Notes under the pieces: model-generated
Seen by the model: the letters and a program-made list of their open reading frames with translations, nothing else
Databases searched by the model: none
Told to the model about the DNA's origin: nothing
Made by a program: the position numbers and the translations under genes
Assembly: GCA_032718475.1 (NCBI GenBank)
Contig: JAUCBJ010002574.1
Coordinates: forward strand, 1 to 36,653
Length of the DNA: 36,653 nucleotides
Source of the DNA: Nemertoderma westbladi
Lineage: Eukaryota > Animalia > Xenacoelomorpha
Reading direction: 5' to 3'
Part shown: positions 1 through 11,582 of the stretch, one piece after another
Position numbering within the stretch: position 1 is the stretch's first letter
Layout of the letters: each line of letters starts with the position of its first letter

Positions 1-488
1 TAATGGATTTGAGTTCGGCCTGATCAATGTCTCTTTTGAGGTTGTATCAGTATCAGTGATACCAACCGCGCCACTACTAGGATGGAACATTTGGGTTTAC
101 AGACAATCATATATTGTCACCTCAATCAATGAAATTATCATCTCCACACAGGATTATCTCCATCCCTCATTTTTCCACTTTAGTTGCGAAGTTTTATATG
201 AATTGATAGACAGACAATATATTTCAGGATCAATTCCCTAATAATCAAAGTTAATTTCAAATCCAAATTTTCTTAATTCTCAGAAGTTGTGGGAAGATTA
301 CTCTTGTTTCTCGCCATTATTGTGAAGATGCTTTATAATTATAGGATCCCATGTAACCTATTTTATAATACGAACAGACTGAATTGTATTCCAATGTGCT
401 TGAATGTTTTATGGGAAAATTAAATCTAAAAACATTTCTTATAGACAACTTTTACTCCGGGAGCTTCCGACTCTAAGGCCCGCCGCAC

Positions 489-547
489 TACTATATACTA
501 GGATCGGCATGCTGCATTGCTGCTGCATTTTTAATAATGCTGTGCCG
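489..547 (-). mobile_element. Extremely 5'-truncated RTE LINE copy (3' ~60 bp) of the same family as 28388-30794
   Basis: Reverse complement CGGCACAGCATTATTAAAAATGCAGCAGCAATGCAGCATGCCGATCCTAGTATATAGTA matches 30735-30794 with two substitutions plus tail variation. TSD CCGCCGCAC at 480-488 and 545-553. Confidence 0.9.
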
Positions 548-673
548 CCGCACACTAGATGCATCGTATTTTATTTTGTATATTGATAGCTTTTATGTTA
601 TTTATTTATTACGTTTGAATTTTATTCAAATTATATTTTTTTCCCTGACCATCCACATATAATTTAATTTTCA

Positions 674-910
674 ATGGATGACAGTGATGATGAAGTTATT
701 GCAACTGTTGCTGCATATATGTTGTGGGAACAAACTAAACTCATTTCACGAGAGATTGGATACATCCAATAAATTTCAAGAGACCTGTGGCTGGCGTTAT
801 GGAAAATTTATATGAATTATACTCGCATGTCCGTTGGCACATTTGATGCACTTTTGTCCCTAATTGATGGAAACATCCGAAAGTGCAGCACCAAGTTTGG
901 AAAAACTGCT
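674..910 (+). pseudogene. Harbinger transposase N-terminal remnant, frameshifted and truncated
   Basis: Across frames reads MDDSDDEVIATVAAYMLWEQ / WIHPINFKRP / MNYTRMSVGTFDALLSLIDGNIRKCSTKF, matching the WxHPIN and NYxRMSxxTFDxLL pattern of HARBI1-type transposases. Confidence 0.7.
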
Positions 911-1148
911 AGTCACACTGAGGTACAGTAATACTGTATAACATTGGGTGGCAACACACACTAATATTACTTTGATTATTTTAATGTGTAAATTTCAAAG
1001 AATTTATTATGCATCTTGCATCTCTAGTGTACGGCGGTCCTAACTAAATCGCACTGGTTTGCAATCGCACACTTTTTTCTGCACTCGAACACCAAAATAA
1101 TTCAATATTGAGCTCTTGAGTAAATATTTGTTTACTCTTCCAACTTAC

Positions 1149-1581
1149 CTTCTATAGCATTCCTTATAAGATGTTTCGATTGTTCATCCTTATAGTAATG
1201 AGCCAGTAGGTATTCCACATCCGCAACCTCTTTGTGACTCAAACGTTTCCCGCAGATTGCATTCCGTTTCTTGGGAGACAGGGCGAGTTTATTCACACCA
1301 ACCTCAATGTCACCTGTACTCATCTGGGAGAGCACAGACGTCAGCTGGCTGACCTGTCTCTCGAGTTTCCCTATCGTCATGTCTTTATCGATAATCTCTT
1401 TCTTGAGGGAGTTTATCCTTCGCCTCAACTCCATCCCCTCCTCGTAACTCGTACAACGTCGATGGTCGTCTTTGCCAACCATCTTCGATTGCTTATCGGT
1501 TGATTTACTTTCAGTTTCTCTTTTTATTATTCTATTTTTTTTAGTTAGCAGAACACGATGACCGCTGTGAGATAGTCCCAT
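1149..1581 (-). CDS. First coding exon of a cGMP-dependent protein kinase (PKG/PRKG)-like gene; the rest lies left of the window
   Basis: Heptad coiled coil (LRRRINSLKKEIIDKDMTIGKLERQVSQLTSVL), pseudosubstrate-like KKRNAI, and KDEQSKHLIRNAIE resembling the PKG segment before cNMP domain A. Ends at a strong donor AAG|GTAAGT (1149/1148). Starts MGLSHS. Confidence 0.7.
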
Positions 1582-3014
1582 AGTATAGACAGGTAGGTAG
1601 GTACGCGTAAATATTGATCCATGGTGTTTGCGCTCCCGAATTTATAGAAAGATGGGATGTGTCATCGGAACCGGAAATACGTCGGATTGGTTATAACCCC
1701 GTATAATATTGATAAACTACAAAGTAATACCGGCTTATATAGAATCATAAATATTTAACACAAAGCTAACAACTACATTAGTATCCTGTTTTGTGTTCAG
1801 AAATGTATCTAACCTGCCCCTACTTGGCGCCAATGGGTTATATGGTGTAGGTTAATCGATCCATAATATACCTACGTAGCTTTGTTTCATTCACACCGGT
1901 TAGCAAATAATATAATATCAGAACTACACAATGTTGTTACCTACTTACAGACTCGGTTAGTAAACTTACTCTCGTTGCATATCATAGCACAGCTTATAAC
2001 GGATGACAAACAATGAGAAACATTTATAGGCGTCCATTTTTTTTAATCATTTGAGCTTATAAAATATCACACCTTTAATCGAAATTATTAATGGTAACTG
2101 CAAGTATAATGCCAAATTAGTAAAACCCATTACATCTTTATAATAATACTACTTCTGTGGGTGGTAGTTATAAACGCAAATGAGTGTTAACATAATATTA
2201 TTGCCTTTTCTTAAATTCCAATGTCTTTCACTCACATGTCTCTTCCTGCCAATGAAAGGTCAATCTTAGCCAGTGTGTCTGCTGTCCGCTTTAATAGGGA
2301 GATCCTGTAGTTACAGATGTAGTCCTCAGGATGTCTCCATTAGGGACACGAGCACCCCCCACATGGCAGGGTGTTGGCCAACCGTTTTCTAGCTCAATAG
2401 ACAACACAATAATATGCTAATAATCCAAAGTGCGGTGTCAAAACATTGAATAACCAACAAACCCATTATAATCCCGGGTTCAATAATATTTTGGTGCTGA
2501 GATAATGTTGATTCCTTCTAAATAATCATTAATTTTTAATGTGGTATACATGTCCTTTAAGTCCATGTTGTTGTTGTCTGTGAGTTCTGGCAGTGTAAAC
2601 ACATGGGATAAGGATCAATATGGAACGCAGAGGCAACGTTAGATAGACTCACAGACGTTTTCTTTATCTCCAATAATTCCTATGTTAAATTATTGGATTG
2701 GAAATTATGGCCTGGCAATTACTTCTATCTCACAAACCCCAGGCCGCCTGGGATATGTCCCGGCTTAATAATAGCAGTTATTGTTGTGGGGCGAGCCATA
2801 TGCATGAGTGAACACGGACATTGTCGTGTCGTTTATATCTTATATCCGTCCGTTAATCTTTAATCTCGGTATAATAAACACGGGTTAATAGGTTACCCGT
2901 CTCCTGGTATACCATTTGGGTTTGGGTAGGTCTCCTAGTAAACACCACAAGGATCAAACATACATCTTTGAGATGAGGTGTTTGGTGTCATTGGAGGGGG
3001 CTGGTAGGAGGTGT

Positions 3015-3037
3015 GGGGGGGGGGGGGGGGGGGGGGG
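3015..3037. repeat. Poly-G run (23 nt)
   Basis: Direct read. Confidence 0.95.
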
Positions 3038-4009
3038 TTCACTAAAATCCAATTTTGGTTAATTCATCTAAAGGTTAAAGTGGCACGTTATTCTATCGAA
3101 AACAATAAACGAAGGTCAATAGGACATGTTGCAGTTTAATTTTTGACAGTAAGCAGCTGTTATTTGTTTCGATTTTTCCCTAGAAGAGGATGAAATTTAA
3201 TTGCGCCCCTTATGTTGAAATTTATTTTATCTACGAAATATCAAAAATTGTGCTATACTTTAGTTATATTATTTAAATGGAACTTGGTGTTTGTTTATTG
3301 CCGTGGATATCCACGGCAATGTTTACGGTTCCCAGATATGCGGGTCCTATTTACTTCTGTGTGTTCTGTAACGGATACTGATTGCCAGTTGAATTCCTCG
3401 TTCCTGTGTACTACTGGTGGGTGGGGGGAGTACCAGCACTACTGGAGGGAACCCCAGCATACCACCATGTAAGCAAGGATATCCAGCCAATGTATTCGGT
3501 TTACTGTAATTACTTAATCAATTTAAACTTTGTTCCAGCTAGCTACTTCCTTCCGTAATTATCTTTCCACGAACAACGCAACGAAGGTCAGAATTCAACG
3601 CAAACACGCCTGTTATTACTTGAAAAATCGATACAACACCACCACCACCACCAATCCATACCAGACCAGCTCAGCAGGCGTACAGAAACAATGTACCAGT
3701 ATAAATTTTACCCGGACAAAAAAGACGCAAACCATACAACAGACAAAATTTACCCGGATAAACAGAAAAACATCAGGACAATAATTTGAATGAAAAAACG
3801 CTGCTGTATTCCGGATAAATAATCCGCTATTTGTGTTTGAATCCGTCCAATACGTACCAATAGCTAAAGATTAAAAGGATTAATGTTTCTCTTCTCGAAG
3901 TAATCCAGAGCAGCTACCTGGTCAACCAAAAAAATATTATTGTGGAGTTACCATAGATCAGTCAGATTATGTTTTTTGTACAGAAGGATAGCTAATAAAA
4001 CTGGTAACG

Positions 4010-4056
4010 GTATATGGTTAGAGATTATTAGACTTCCAACCATAGTTCGATCCCAG
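4010..4056 (+). mobile_element. Possible degraded tRNA-derived SINE head
   Basis: A-box-like TGGTTAGAG followed about 30 bp later by B-box-like GTTCGATCC; no full cloverleaf. Confidence 0.25.
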
Positions 4057-5262
4057 CTGAATTCCAAACGTGACGATGATTATATGATATGATATAATGA
4101 TACATATGATGTTGTCAGCTACAGTACCTCTGCCTGGAGTGGAGTGGGGCACAATTTTTTATAACTTCTCCATATATAGCCTTAACGAATACTTTGGAGT
4201 GCAATTCAATGTGACCTAACATTTCTCAATCTGATTAGCAGTTCCTACTAAATCGTCAACTCAGCACTTAACTTGACTCTATTACTTCTGGCAGTGACAA
4301 CTTGACCTTTAATAAATTACGCTATCACATCCACTTATAGAAATACGGGTAACACATTTTGTCCAATTAGCATCTCATCAATAAATTATAGCGAATCCAA
4401 AACAAACCGTCATAAAATGTAAATGTCGTGGCTCAGTTCATATCTAGCCGTATGTTATTTACTTTCACTTTCACTATATCAGTAACTGAAATGCCCTAAT
4501 TTAATTAAACTAGGGCTGAATTGTTTCAATTGATATTCACCCTACTATAGAGATCATTGATCATTGGTTTAGGATTCAAATTTCTTAATCCCAAAAAAGG
4601 GATCATTGGAGGTCATTGACCCTAGCACCGCACTCAATAAATTCATTATAATTTCCGGTGAACTGAATTTCGATGTACTTAAACAAATAAACGTTACATT
4701 ATAATTTTTAAATAAAACGGGTTGCGCGTTCGTTTGGTTTATGATAAGATTGAGTAGGAATCGTTATGGGAATAGCTAATCACAAACCCCAACAATGTGT
4801 AGGAATTTAACAGCTTGTTCGATGGATCCCAGTAATGATTGCTTGCAGTTGTTCGCTGATACAGACACATGCTGTGCTGTATGCATTACCGGTATCGAAC
4901 CTAGAACCAACAGGGGTGTTGAGAGGCCTATATGGTTACTGAATATCGAATTGCAACATTTCCTCCTGTAAACGAACCTCTTCTAATATTCACGAAACAT
5001 GTGCCTGACATTTTTAAGGGAGCTCCAACATTTTAGTATAGCTAATGTATAAAATGCTAGAAATTGCCTCTTATCCCATTTCGTTAAAGAGAGCATTTTG
5101 GTAATGATTGACAGACCGACAAACTGAACTTACTAACCAACCACTGCGTGCATAGGTTAACTGTTAGGATCTGCAAACAGCATCGAATTAACACGTATGG
5201 ATCATGCATATGGATCGATTTTACTTTAAAGGATATAAATTAAAACTATAGCTATCCGGGGC

Positions 5263-6104
5263 ATTATTTTATATTTACTATATTTATTATTTTATATTTA
5301 CTATATTTATTATTTTATATTTACTATATTTATTATTTTATATTTACTATATTTATTATTTTATATTTACTATATTTATTATTTTATATTTACTATATTT
5401 ATTATTTTATATTTACTATATTTATTATTTTATATTTACTATATTTATTATTTAATATTTACTATATAATAATTTATTATTTTATATTTACTATATTAAT
5501 ATTTTATATTTACTATATTATTATTTTATATTTACTATATTATTATTTTATATTTACTATATTAATATTTTATATTTACTATATTATTATTTTATATTTA
5601 CTATATTATTATTTTATATTTACTATATTATTAGTTTATATTTACTATATTAATATTTTATATTTACTATATTATTATTTTATATTTACTATATTATTAT
5701 TTTATATTTACTATATTTATTATTTTATATTTACTATATTTATTATTTTATATTTACTATATTTATTATTTAATATTTACTATATAATAATTTATTATTT
5801 TATATTTACTATATTAATATTTTATATTTACTATATTATTATTTTATATTTACTATATTATTATTTTATATTTACTATATTATTATTTTATATTTACTAT
5901 ATTATTATTTTATATTTACTATATTATTATTTTATATTTACTATATTATTAGTTTATATTTACTATATTAATATTTTATATTTACTATATTATTATTTTA
6001 TATTTACTATATTATTATTTTATATTTACTATATTATTAGTTTATATTTACTATATTAATATTTTATATTTACTATATTATTATTTTATATTTACTATAT
6101 TAAT
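5263..6104. repeat. AT-rich minisatellite, 23-24 bp unit (TTTTATATTTACTATATT(T)ATTA), left arm
   Basis: Direct read of about 35 tandem units. Confidence 0.95.
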
Positions 6105-6971
6105 TTGCCGTATAAATTTAATGGTCTATTTAGGATTCTATTATTATCATTATCTTCTCATATTTTATTACTAAAACTCTATTTACTCAACTTTACAAAT
6201 ATTATTGCAATGCCAATACCAATAATAGTTAACAATAAATATTGCAAATTGATGTTTTGTTAATATTTATAGAGTAATGGTAATATTTATTTATTTATAC
6301 AGTTGTGTAGAGCGCGTCCAGTTGTTTGTTGAACTTATGAGCCGATGAGCTATTGATGAAGTGCCGAAGCAGCCGGTCAATACTGCGCGGGGATGTCGTG
6401 ACCTCGCAGACCCGCACCATCCCCGAACCCCAAACCGCGCCATGATCGTCGTCCGCCACGGAGGCAGAGGGAACTGGACCGGAGGAGGGCGAATTGAAGG
6501 CGCCGCCGGACACCCCCCAAAACACACGCGAGGCCCCTTTCCCTCATCCCTTGGTGTTTAGAAACGAGAGCCTCGGCGATGTGTTTTAACAGTATCTGGG
6601 CCTCTCGGCACCAGACACCGTCTGTCGTTCCGACCAGGGGGGTAAACGACATCCTCCGGTCCTCGCATACGGCGCGGTAGTGGCGCGTCTTATAGCGGCA
6701 GCGCTCGTCTAGCAACGACTCGGTTGAACGGTTGGCCTGGGCATAAGAGGTGGCGTCAGCATTTAATACTGCAATGTCGAACGACGCCACCCGTTGAGAA
6801 GCCCAGACCCCACGTGCAACCAAGTCGGCCCGGACGCCACCGACCACAAAACCGGCGCTGTCCAGGTGACCCCGCGACAGGGTCACCTCCCGCTCCACAC
6901 TCGAAGGTCCGACAACGGAGGAGAGAAGGTCTCCGAAGACGTCCCGGACCTCGTCGTGCCTTTTAACGACC
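6105..6971 (-). mobile_element. 5'-truncated non-LTR retrotransposon with a restriction-like endonuclease (CRE-clade-like): C-terminal ORF 6377-6971 plus 3' UTR
   Basis: GC-rich ORF with RHDEVRD, RADLVARGVW, FDIAVLNADATSY, KTRHY, FTPLVGTTDG and RLQFALLRSSSLCLRG, the RHD/PD..D/KxxY series of RLE domains in the CRE form. The ATG at 6973 is a junction artefact. ATTTACTATATTAAT flanks both sides (6090-6104, 6972-6986). Confidence 0.85.
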
Positions 6972-7705
6972 ATTTACTATATTAATATTTTATATTTACT
7001 ATATTATTATTTTATATTTACTATATTTAATATTTAATATTGTATAATTACTATATTTATTATTTTATATTTACTACATTTAGTATTTTATATTTACTAT
7101 ATTTATTATTGTATATTTACTATATTTATTATTGTATATTTACTATATTTTACTATATTTCTTATTTTACTGTATTTATTTTTTATTATTCTATATTTAC
7201 TATATTTTACTATATTTCTTATTTTACTGTATTTATTTTTTATTATTTTATATTTACTATATTTACTATATTAATTATTAATTATTTTATATTCACTATA
7301 TTTACTATATTAATATTAATTATTTTATATTTACTATATTTACTATATTAATTATTAATTATTTTATATTCACTATATTTACTATATTAATATTAATTAT
7401 TTTATATTTACTATATTTACTATATTAATTATTAATTATTTTATATTCACTATATTTACTATATTAATATTAATTATTTTATATTTACTATGTTTACTAT
7501 ATTAATTATTTTATATTTACTATATTTACTATATTAATTATTAATTATTTTATATTCACTATATTTACTATATTAATATTAATTATTTTATATTTACTAT
7601 ATTTACTATATTAATTATTAATTATTTTATATTTACTATATTAATTATTAATTATTTTATATTTACTATATTTATTATTTATTAAATTAATTATTTTATA
7701 TTATA
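6972..7705. repeat. AT-rich minisatellite, right arm (same family, more diverged variants)
   Basis: Direct read; same TTTTATATTTACTATATT core. Confidence 0.95.
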
Positions 7706-7724
7706 TTTTAAATTTTTAATGTCA

Positions 7725-7762
7725 ACCCACCTCATGAAGGCGGGTGATTTACTGAGATCTAG
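7725..7762 (+). mobile_element. Candidate Helitron 3' terminus (hairpin plus CTAG)
   Basis: Imperfect hairpin ACCCACCT-CATGA-AGGCGGGT, a 13-nt spacer, then CTAG followed by T. Confidence 0.35.
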
Positions 7763-9342
7763 TGGACCCTGTCACCTCTTTACATTAATTGTATCATCCA
7801 AACAATTATTTGCGTGTCAACCTTATTACAACAATTTTAGTAATTTTCGCATCCTATCCTCTACAGAGTATACAAATGAACAGAACAGAGTGAAATAAAT
7901 CAAGTAGTTGTGATATAAATTAGGGATACCAATTACATAGTGTTTTAAAATAATTTATTGTATTTGTTATTTTTGCCAATCTTATCCTAATTTTACACTA
8001 TCTGGAACTGGGATGCAAGGTATAACATATATATACTATACTATTTACAGTAATAAAACCTCAAGATAAGATTTATGGAGGATATATAACTCTTACGTGT
8101 AAATATATAGTTGTGTGTGAACTAGAACAACTCTACTATAATACTGGACTACCACTGGTTGAACTGCTATCCTTATCAGCTAGGATCACTCTGGGCATGC
8201 ATGCTTTGGTCTCTTCCTATCAACCAACCAATCACCAGGAATTTATTTGCTTTTCACTCCCCACTCCATCTGTGCAAAGGGGATGGAGAACTTGAGTTGG
8301 AATTATATATAATTTTCCCCTATTGAGTTGATAACCATCAAACACAATGCTACAGATATCTACACCTGGGGAACCTGCTGGAAGCCGATATAATATTAAC
8401 AATCGAATGTTAGTTCAATACAGTAGAGGATCATTATGCATCAACTCACCTGCGCTACTATTTACAAAAGTGCATTTTTCTTTCCCCAACCTCACCAGTC
8501 ACCCCCTCCCCTCCCCTCCGTCCTCACACGTACGGCTTTAAATACGTTCCATTGTTTGACGTGTATCACCGCGTGTGTAAGGCCGAAGTGTCGATGTAAT
8601 TGTGGGTGGATACGAGGCGGTAATTACGCATTTAAAGTAATCGATATAACTCGAGCATGCAGCAGTGCGTGATGGCGGTGTCAGTGTTTGATGTAGAACA
8701 ACTGGGTTTCGCTTCATAACTAAATATATCCCAGTTTATTATATTACACACTCGCTATACTCATATCCATATGGTTATCCAATATCCATGTACTGCCCTG
8801 CCCAAGTGCTCAATGGCATATAATTCATATATACAATACATCACACATGGTGGACGGACATGGTCAATCGTTGGAATTTCAATTATAGATCGTATGATTA
8901 TTCCTTTATCCTTCTTACTCCTTCGCAATGTAGTATAGCTGAGGGGTATAATTCGCCATTCCTTTCGGATACTATTACACCGGCCGCCAGCCACCCAACC
9001 CAACAACGGGTCTTATCAACAGCGTAATCACTACCAACGCTTGTTAGGAACTTTACTATGGTTTTGATAAGGTGTCCTGGAGCTGAATTCCTGAGGCATG
9101 CCAGATACCGCTGTTGGGAAGAGGAACTTCACGGAAACAGAGGTAATACCCGCAAACAGAGGTATATAATACCAACAACGTACCGTCTACTCTACTGCTC
9201 TAACAATAGCTAGGGGCTATGGCAATCATAGTCCTATACCTACCTACATGTACTTTTATGCTTCGGGGCTTCTGCATATTATCATACCAACATATTCGTG
9301 GGGCCTTCGCGCAGCACGATGTTTATCAAATCAACCCTGTTT

Positions 9343-9771
9343 GAACCAGGGATTGGTCCGGAACTGGTTGGGCCAGGGTTTGTTCCGTATCTGGTTGGAC
9401 CAGGGATTGGTCCAGTACTGGTTGGACCAGGGATTGGTCCGGAACCGGTTGGACCAGGGATTGGTCCCGAACTGGTTGGACCAGGGATTGGTCCGGAACT
9501 AGTTGGGCCAGGGATTTGTCCGGAGATGGTTGGACCAGGGATTGGTGCGGAACTGGTTGGACCAGGGATTGGTCCGGAACTGGTTGGACAAGGGATTGGT
9601 CCAGTACTGGTTGGACCAGGGATTGGTCCGGAACTGGTTGGACCAGGGATTGGTCCCGAACTGGTTGTACCAGGGATTGGTCCAGAACTGGTTGGACAAG
9701 GGATTGGTCCGGAACTGGTTGGACAAGGGATTGGTCCAGTACTGGTTGGACCAGGGATTGGTCCGGAACTT
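9343..9771. repeat. 27-bp minisatellite (GGACCAGGGATTGGTCCGGAACTGGTT), about 16 copies
   Basis: Direct read. Explains the overlapping repetitive ORFs (GPGIGPELV / TSSGPIPGP). Confidence 0.95.
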
Positions 9772-9829
9772 GTACGGCAGGGGGTTAGTCTAGGTAAACT
9801 GTTTAAAACGGTTGTATTAGTCATACAAT

Positions 9830-11330
9830 AATTGTCCGTAGTATGTACATAGAGTTGCGAGCTTTTAGAGAGGTCTCCAGAAGTTAGTTTTCCGACTATG
9901 TTGTAGACTGCTTGCTCTTTGAGTTTCCACTCTTTGCCACCTTGGGACTGCTAGGGCTTTGCCTGGAACGCTAGTTTATTTTCCCATCCTCTGATTTCCG
10001 ACGCAGCACAAAGGACTCTTTGAGCTGATCGTAAAGGACGAGAACCCTGGCTGATATATCATCGGATGCCCTGTTCAGAGTCTTCGAGTGCATCCTCAAA
10101 ATATCGCGGTGTTTTTTTGCTTGGCCCGTTAGTGAAGGACGAAGATAAACTCTCTGAAATGCGTCAGAGGCTGCCAGTAAATGCTTGTTATTAAGAACTT
10201 ATAAGCGATCAGCTGGAGAATCCAGTTCCACCTTCACTAATCTTGGGAGGAACTAAAGCACGGCGGCAACTGAGGCACTAAGCTTAGGAAGTTTACACAC
10301 TGGGCTTAGGAAGTCTACACACTGGGCTTAGGAAGTTTACACACTGGGCTTAGGAAGTCTACACACTGGGCTTAGGAAGTCTACACACTGGGCTTAGGAA
10401 GTCTACACACTGGGCTTAGGAAGTCTACACACTGGGCTTAGGAAGTCTACACACTGGGCTTAGGAAGTCTACACACTGGGCTTAGGAAGTCTACACACTG
10501 GGCTTAGGAAGTCTACACACTGGGCTTAGGAAGTCTACACACTGGGCTTAGGAAGTCTACACACTGGGCTTAGGAAGTCTACACACTGGGCTTAGGAAGT
10601 CTACACACTGGGCTTAGGAAGTCTACACACTGGGCTTAGGAAGTCTACACACTGGGCATAGGAAGTCTACACACTGGGCTTAGGAAGTCTACACACTGGG
10701 CATAGGAAGTCTACACACTGGACTTAGGAAGTCTACACACTGGGCATAGGAAGTCTACACACTGGACTTTGGAAGTCTACACACTGGGCATAGGAAGTCT
10801 ACACACTGGACTTAGGAAGTCTACACACTGGGCATAGGAAGTCTACACACTGGACTTTGGAAGTCTACACACTGGGCATAGGAAGTCTACACACTGGACT
10901 TAGGAAGTCTACACACTGGGCATAGGAAGTCTACACACTGTGCTTAGGAAGTCTACACACTGGGCATAGGAAGTCTACACACTGGACTTTGGAAGTCTAC
11001 ACACTGGGCATAGGAAGTCTACACACTGGACTTAGGAAGTCTACACACTGGGCATAGGAAGTCTACACACTGTGCTTAGGAAGTCTACACACTGGGCATA
11101 GGAAGTCTACACACTGGACTTAGGAAGTCTACACACTGGGCTTAGGAAGTCTACACACTGGGCTTAGGAAGTCTACACACTGGGCTTAGGAAGTCTACAC
11201 ACTGGGCTTAGGAAGTCTACACACTGGGCCTAGGAAGTCTACACACTGCTGCTATCTTTTGACTTTGTCAGTAATCCCCTCTGCGACGAAGGAGTTACGA
11301 ACTTCGTTAGTTTATTTGTTTCGTTCGAAA
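9830..11330 (-). pseudogene. Decayed LINE ORF1-like sequence (CR1/L2/Jockey-group type) interrupted by the 22-bp array
   Basis: Manual minus-strand translation: NEVRNSFVAEGITDKVK / IAAVCRLPRPS [array] ASVAAVL*FLPRLVKVELDSPADRL*VLNNKHLLAASDAFQRVYLRPSLTGQAKKHRDILR. This resembles the ORF1 pattern IxxVxRL..PRxxKV..VYIxPxLT..LR. Contains stops and a frameshift. Confidence 0.6.
10282..11247. repeat. 22-bp minisatellite (ACACTGGGCTTAGGAAGTCTAC), about 44 copies
   Basis: Direct read; homogeneous ends with an alternating-variant central block. Confidence 0.97.
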
Positions 11331-11431
11331 GCACTGTTGACCGTGGCACCGATTTTGTTAGCTTACTAACAGGCAATGTATTTCTCTTGAATCATAATTA
11401 TCCAATAGTAATAATAATTTGTGTTTTATAG

Positions 11432-11559
11432 GTCGGAAGTTGAACCCCTACCCGATTCGGTTGTCGAGGATGAGGCCCCTGCTATTAATGTTGTCGAGTT
11501 GAGTAGCCCGGGTGGGATGGAAGAAGTAACCAAGGTTCCAGAAGAACAGGATAATAATA
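11432..11559 (+). CDS. SPAG17: Probable internal exon of the SPAG17-like gene (low-complexity acidic region)
   Basis: TTTTATAG acceptor and GTTAGT donor; open frame SEVEPLPDSVVEDEAPAINVVELSSPGGMEEVTKVPEEQDNN; phase-1 end fits the next exon. Assigned by phase and position, not homology. Confidence 0.55.
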
Positions 11560-11582
11560 GTTAGTTGTGGGAAAAATGCCAT

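Larger units (their letters stand above)
477..1040 (+). mobile_element. Non-autonomous PIF/Harbinger DNA transposon (internal deletion derivative)
   Basis: TAA on both sides (474-476, 1041-1043). Left TIR reads GGCCCGCCGCACACTAGA once the 489-553 insertion is removed; the reverse complement of the right end reads GGACCGCCGTACACTAGA. Internal remnant resembles a Harbinger transposase N-terminus. Confidence 0.85.

Noticed and set aside
1-460. Possible second PKG exon
   Set aside because: Minus-strand translation shows stops and no cyclic-nucleotide-binding motif.
3388-3468. Possible exon bounded by CCAG and GTAAGC as an upstream SPAG17 exon
   Set aside because: No frame resembles SPAG17 and the acceptor is weak.
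7040-7351. Hydrophobic 103-aa ORF (and the similar ORF at 13307-13522)
   Set aside because: Translation of AT-rich minisatellite.
10282-11247. CRISPR-like appearance of the regular arrays (also 9343-9771 and 17671-18650)
   Set aside because: Units are head-to-tail with no unique spacers, there are no cas genes, and the context is eukaryotic.
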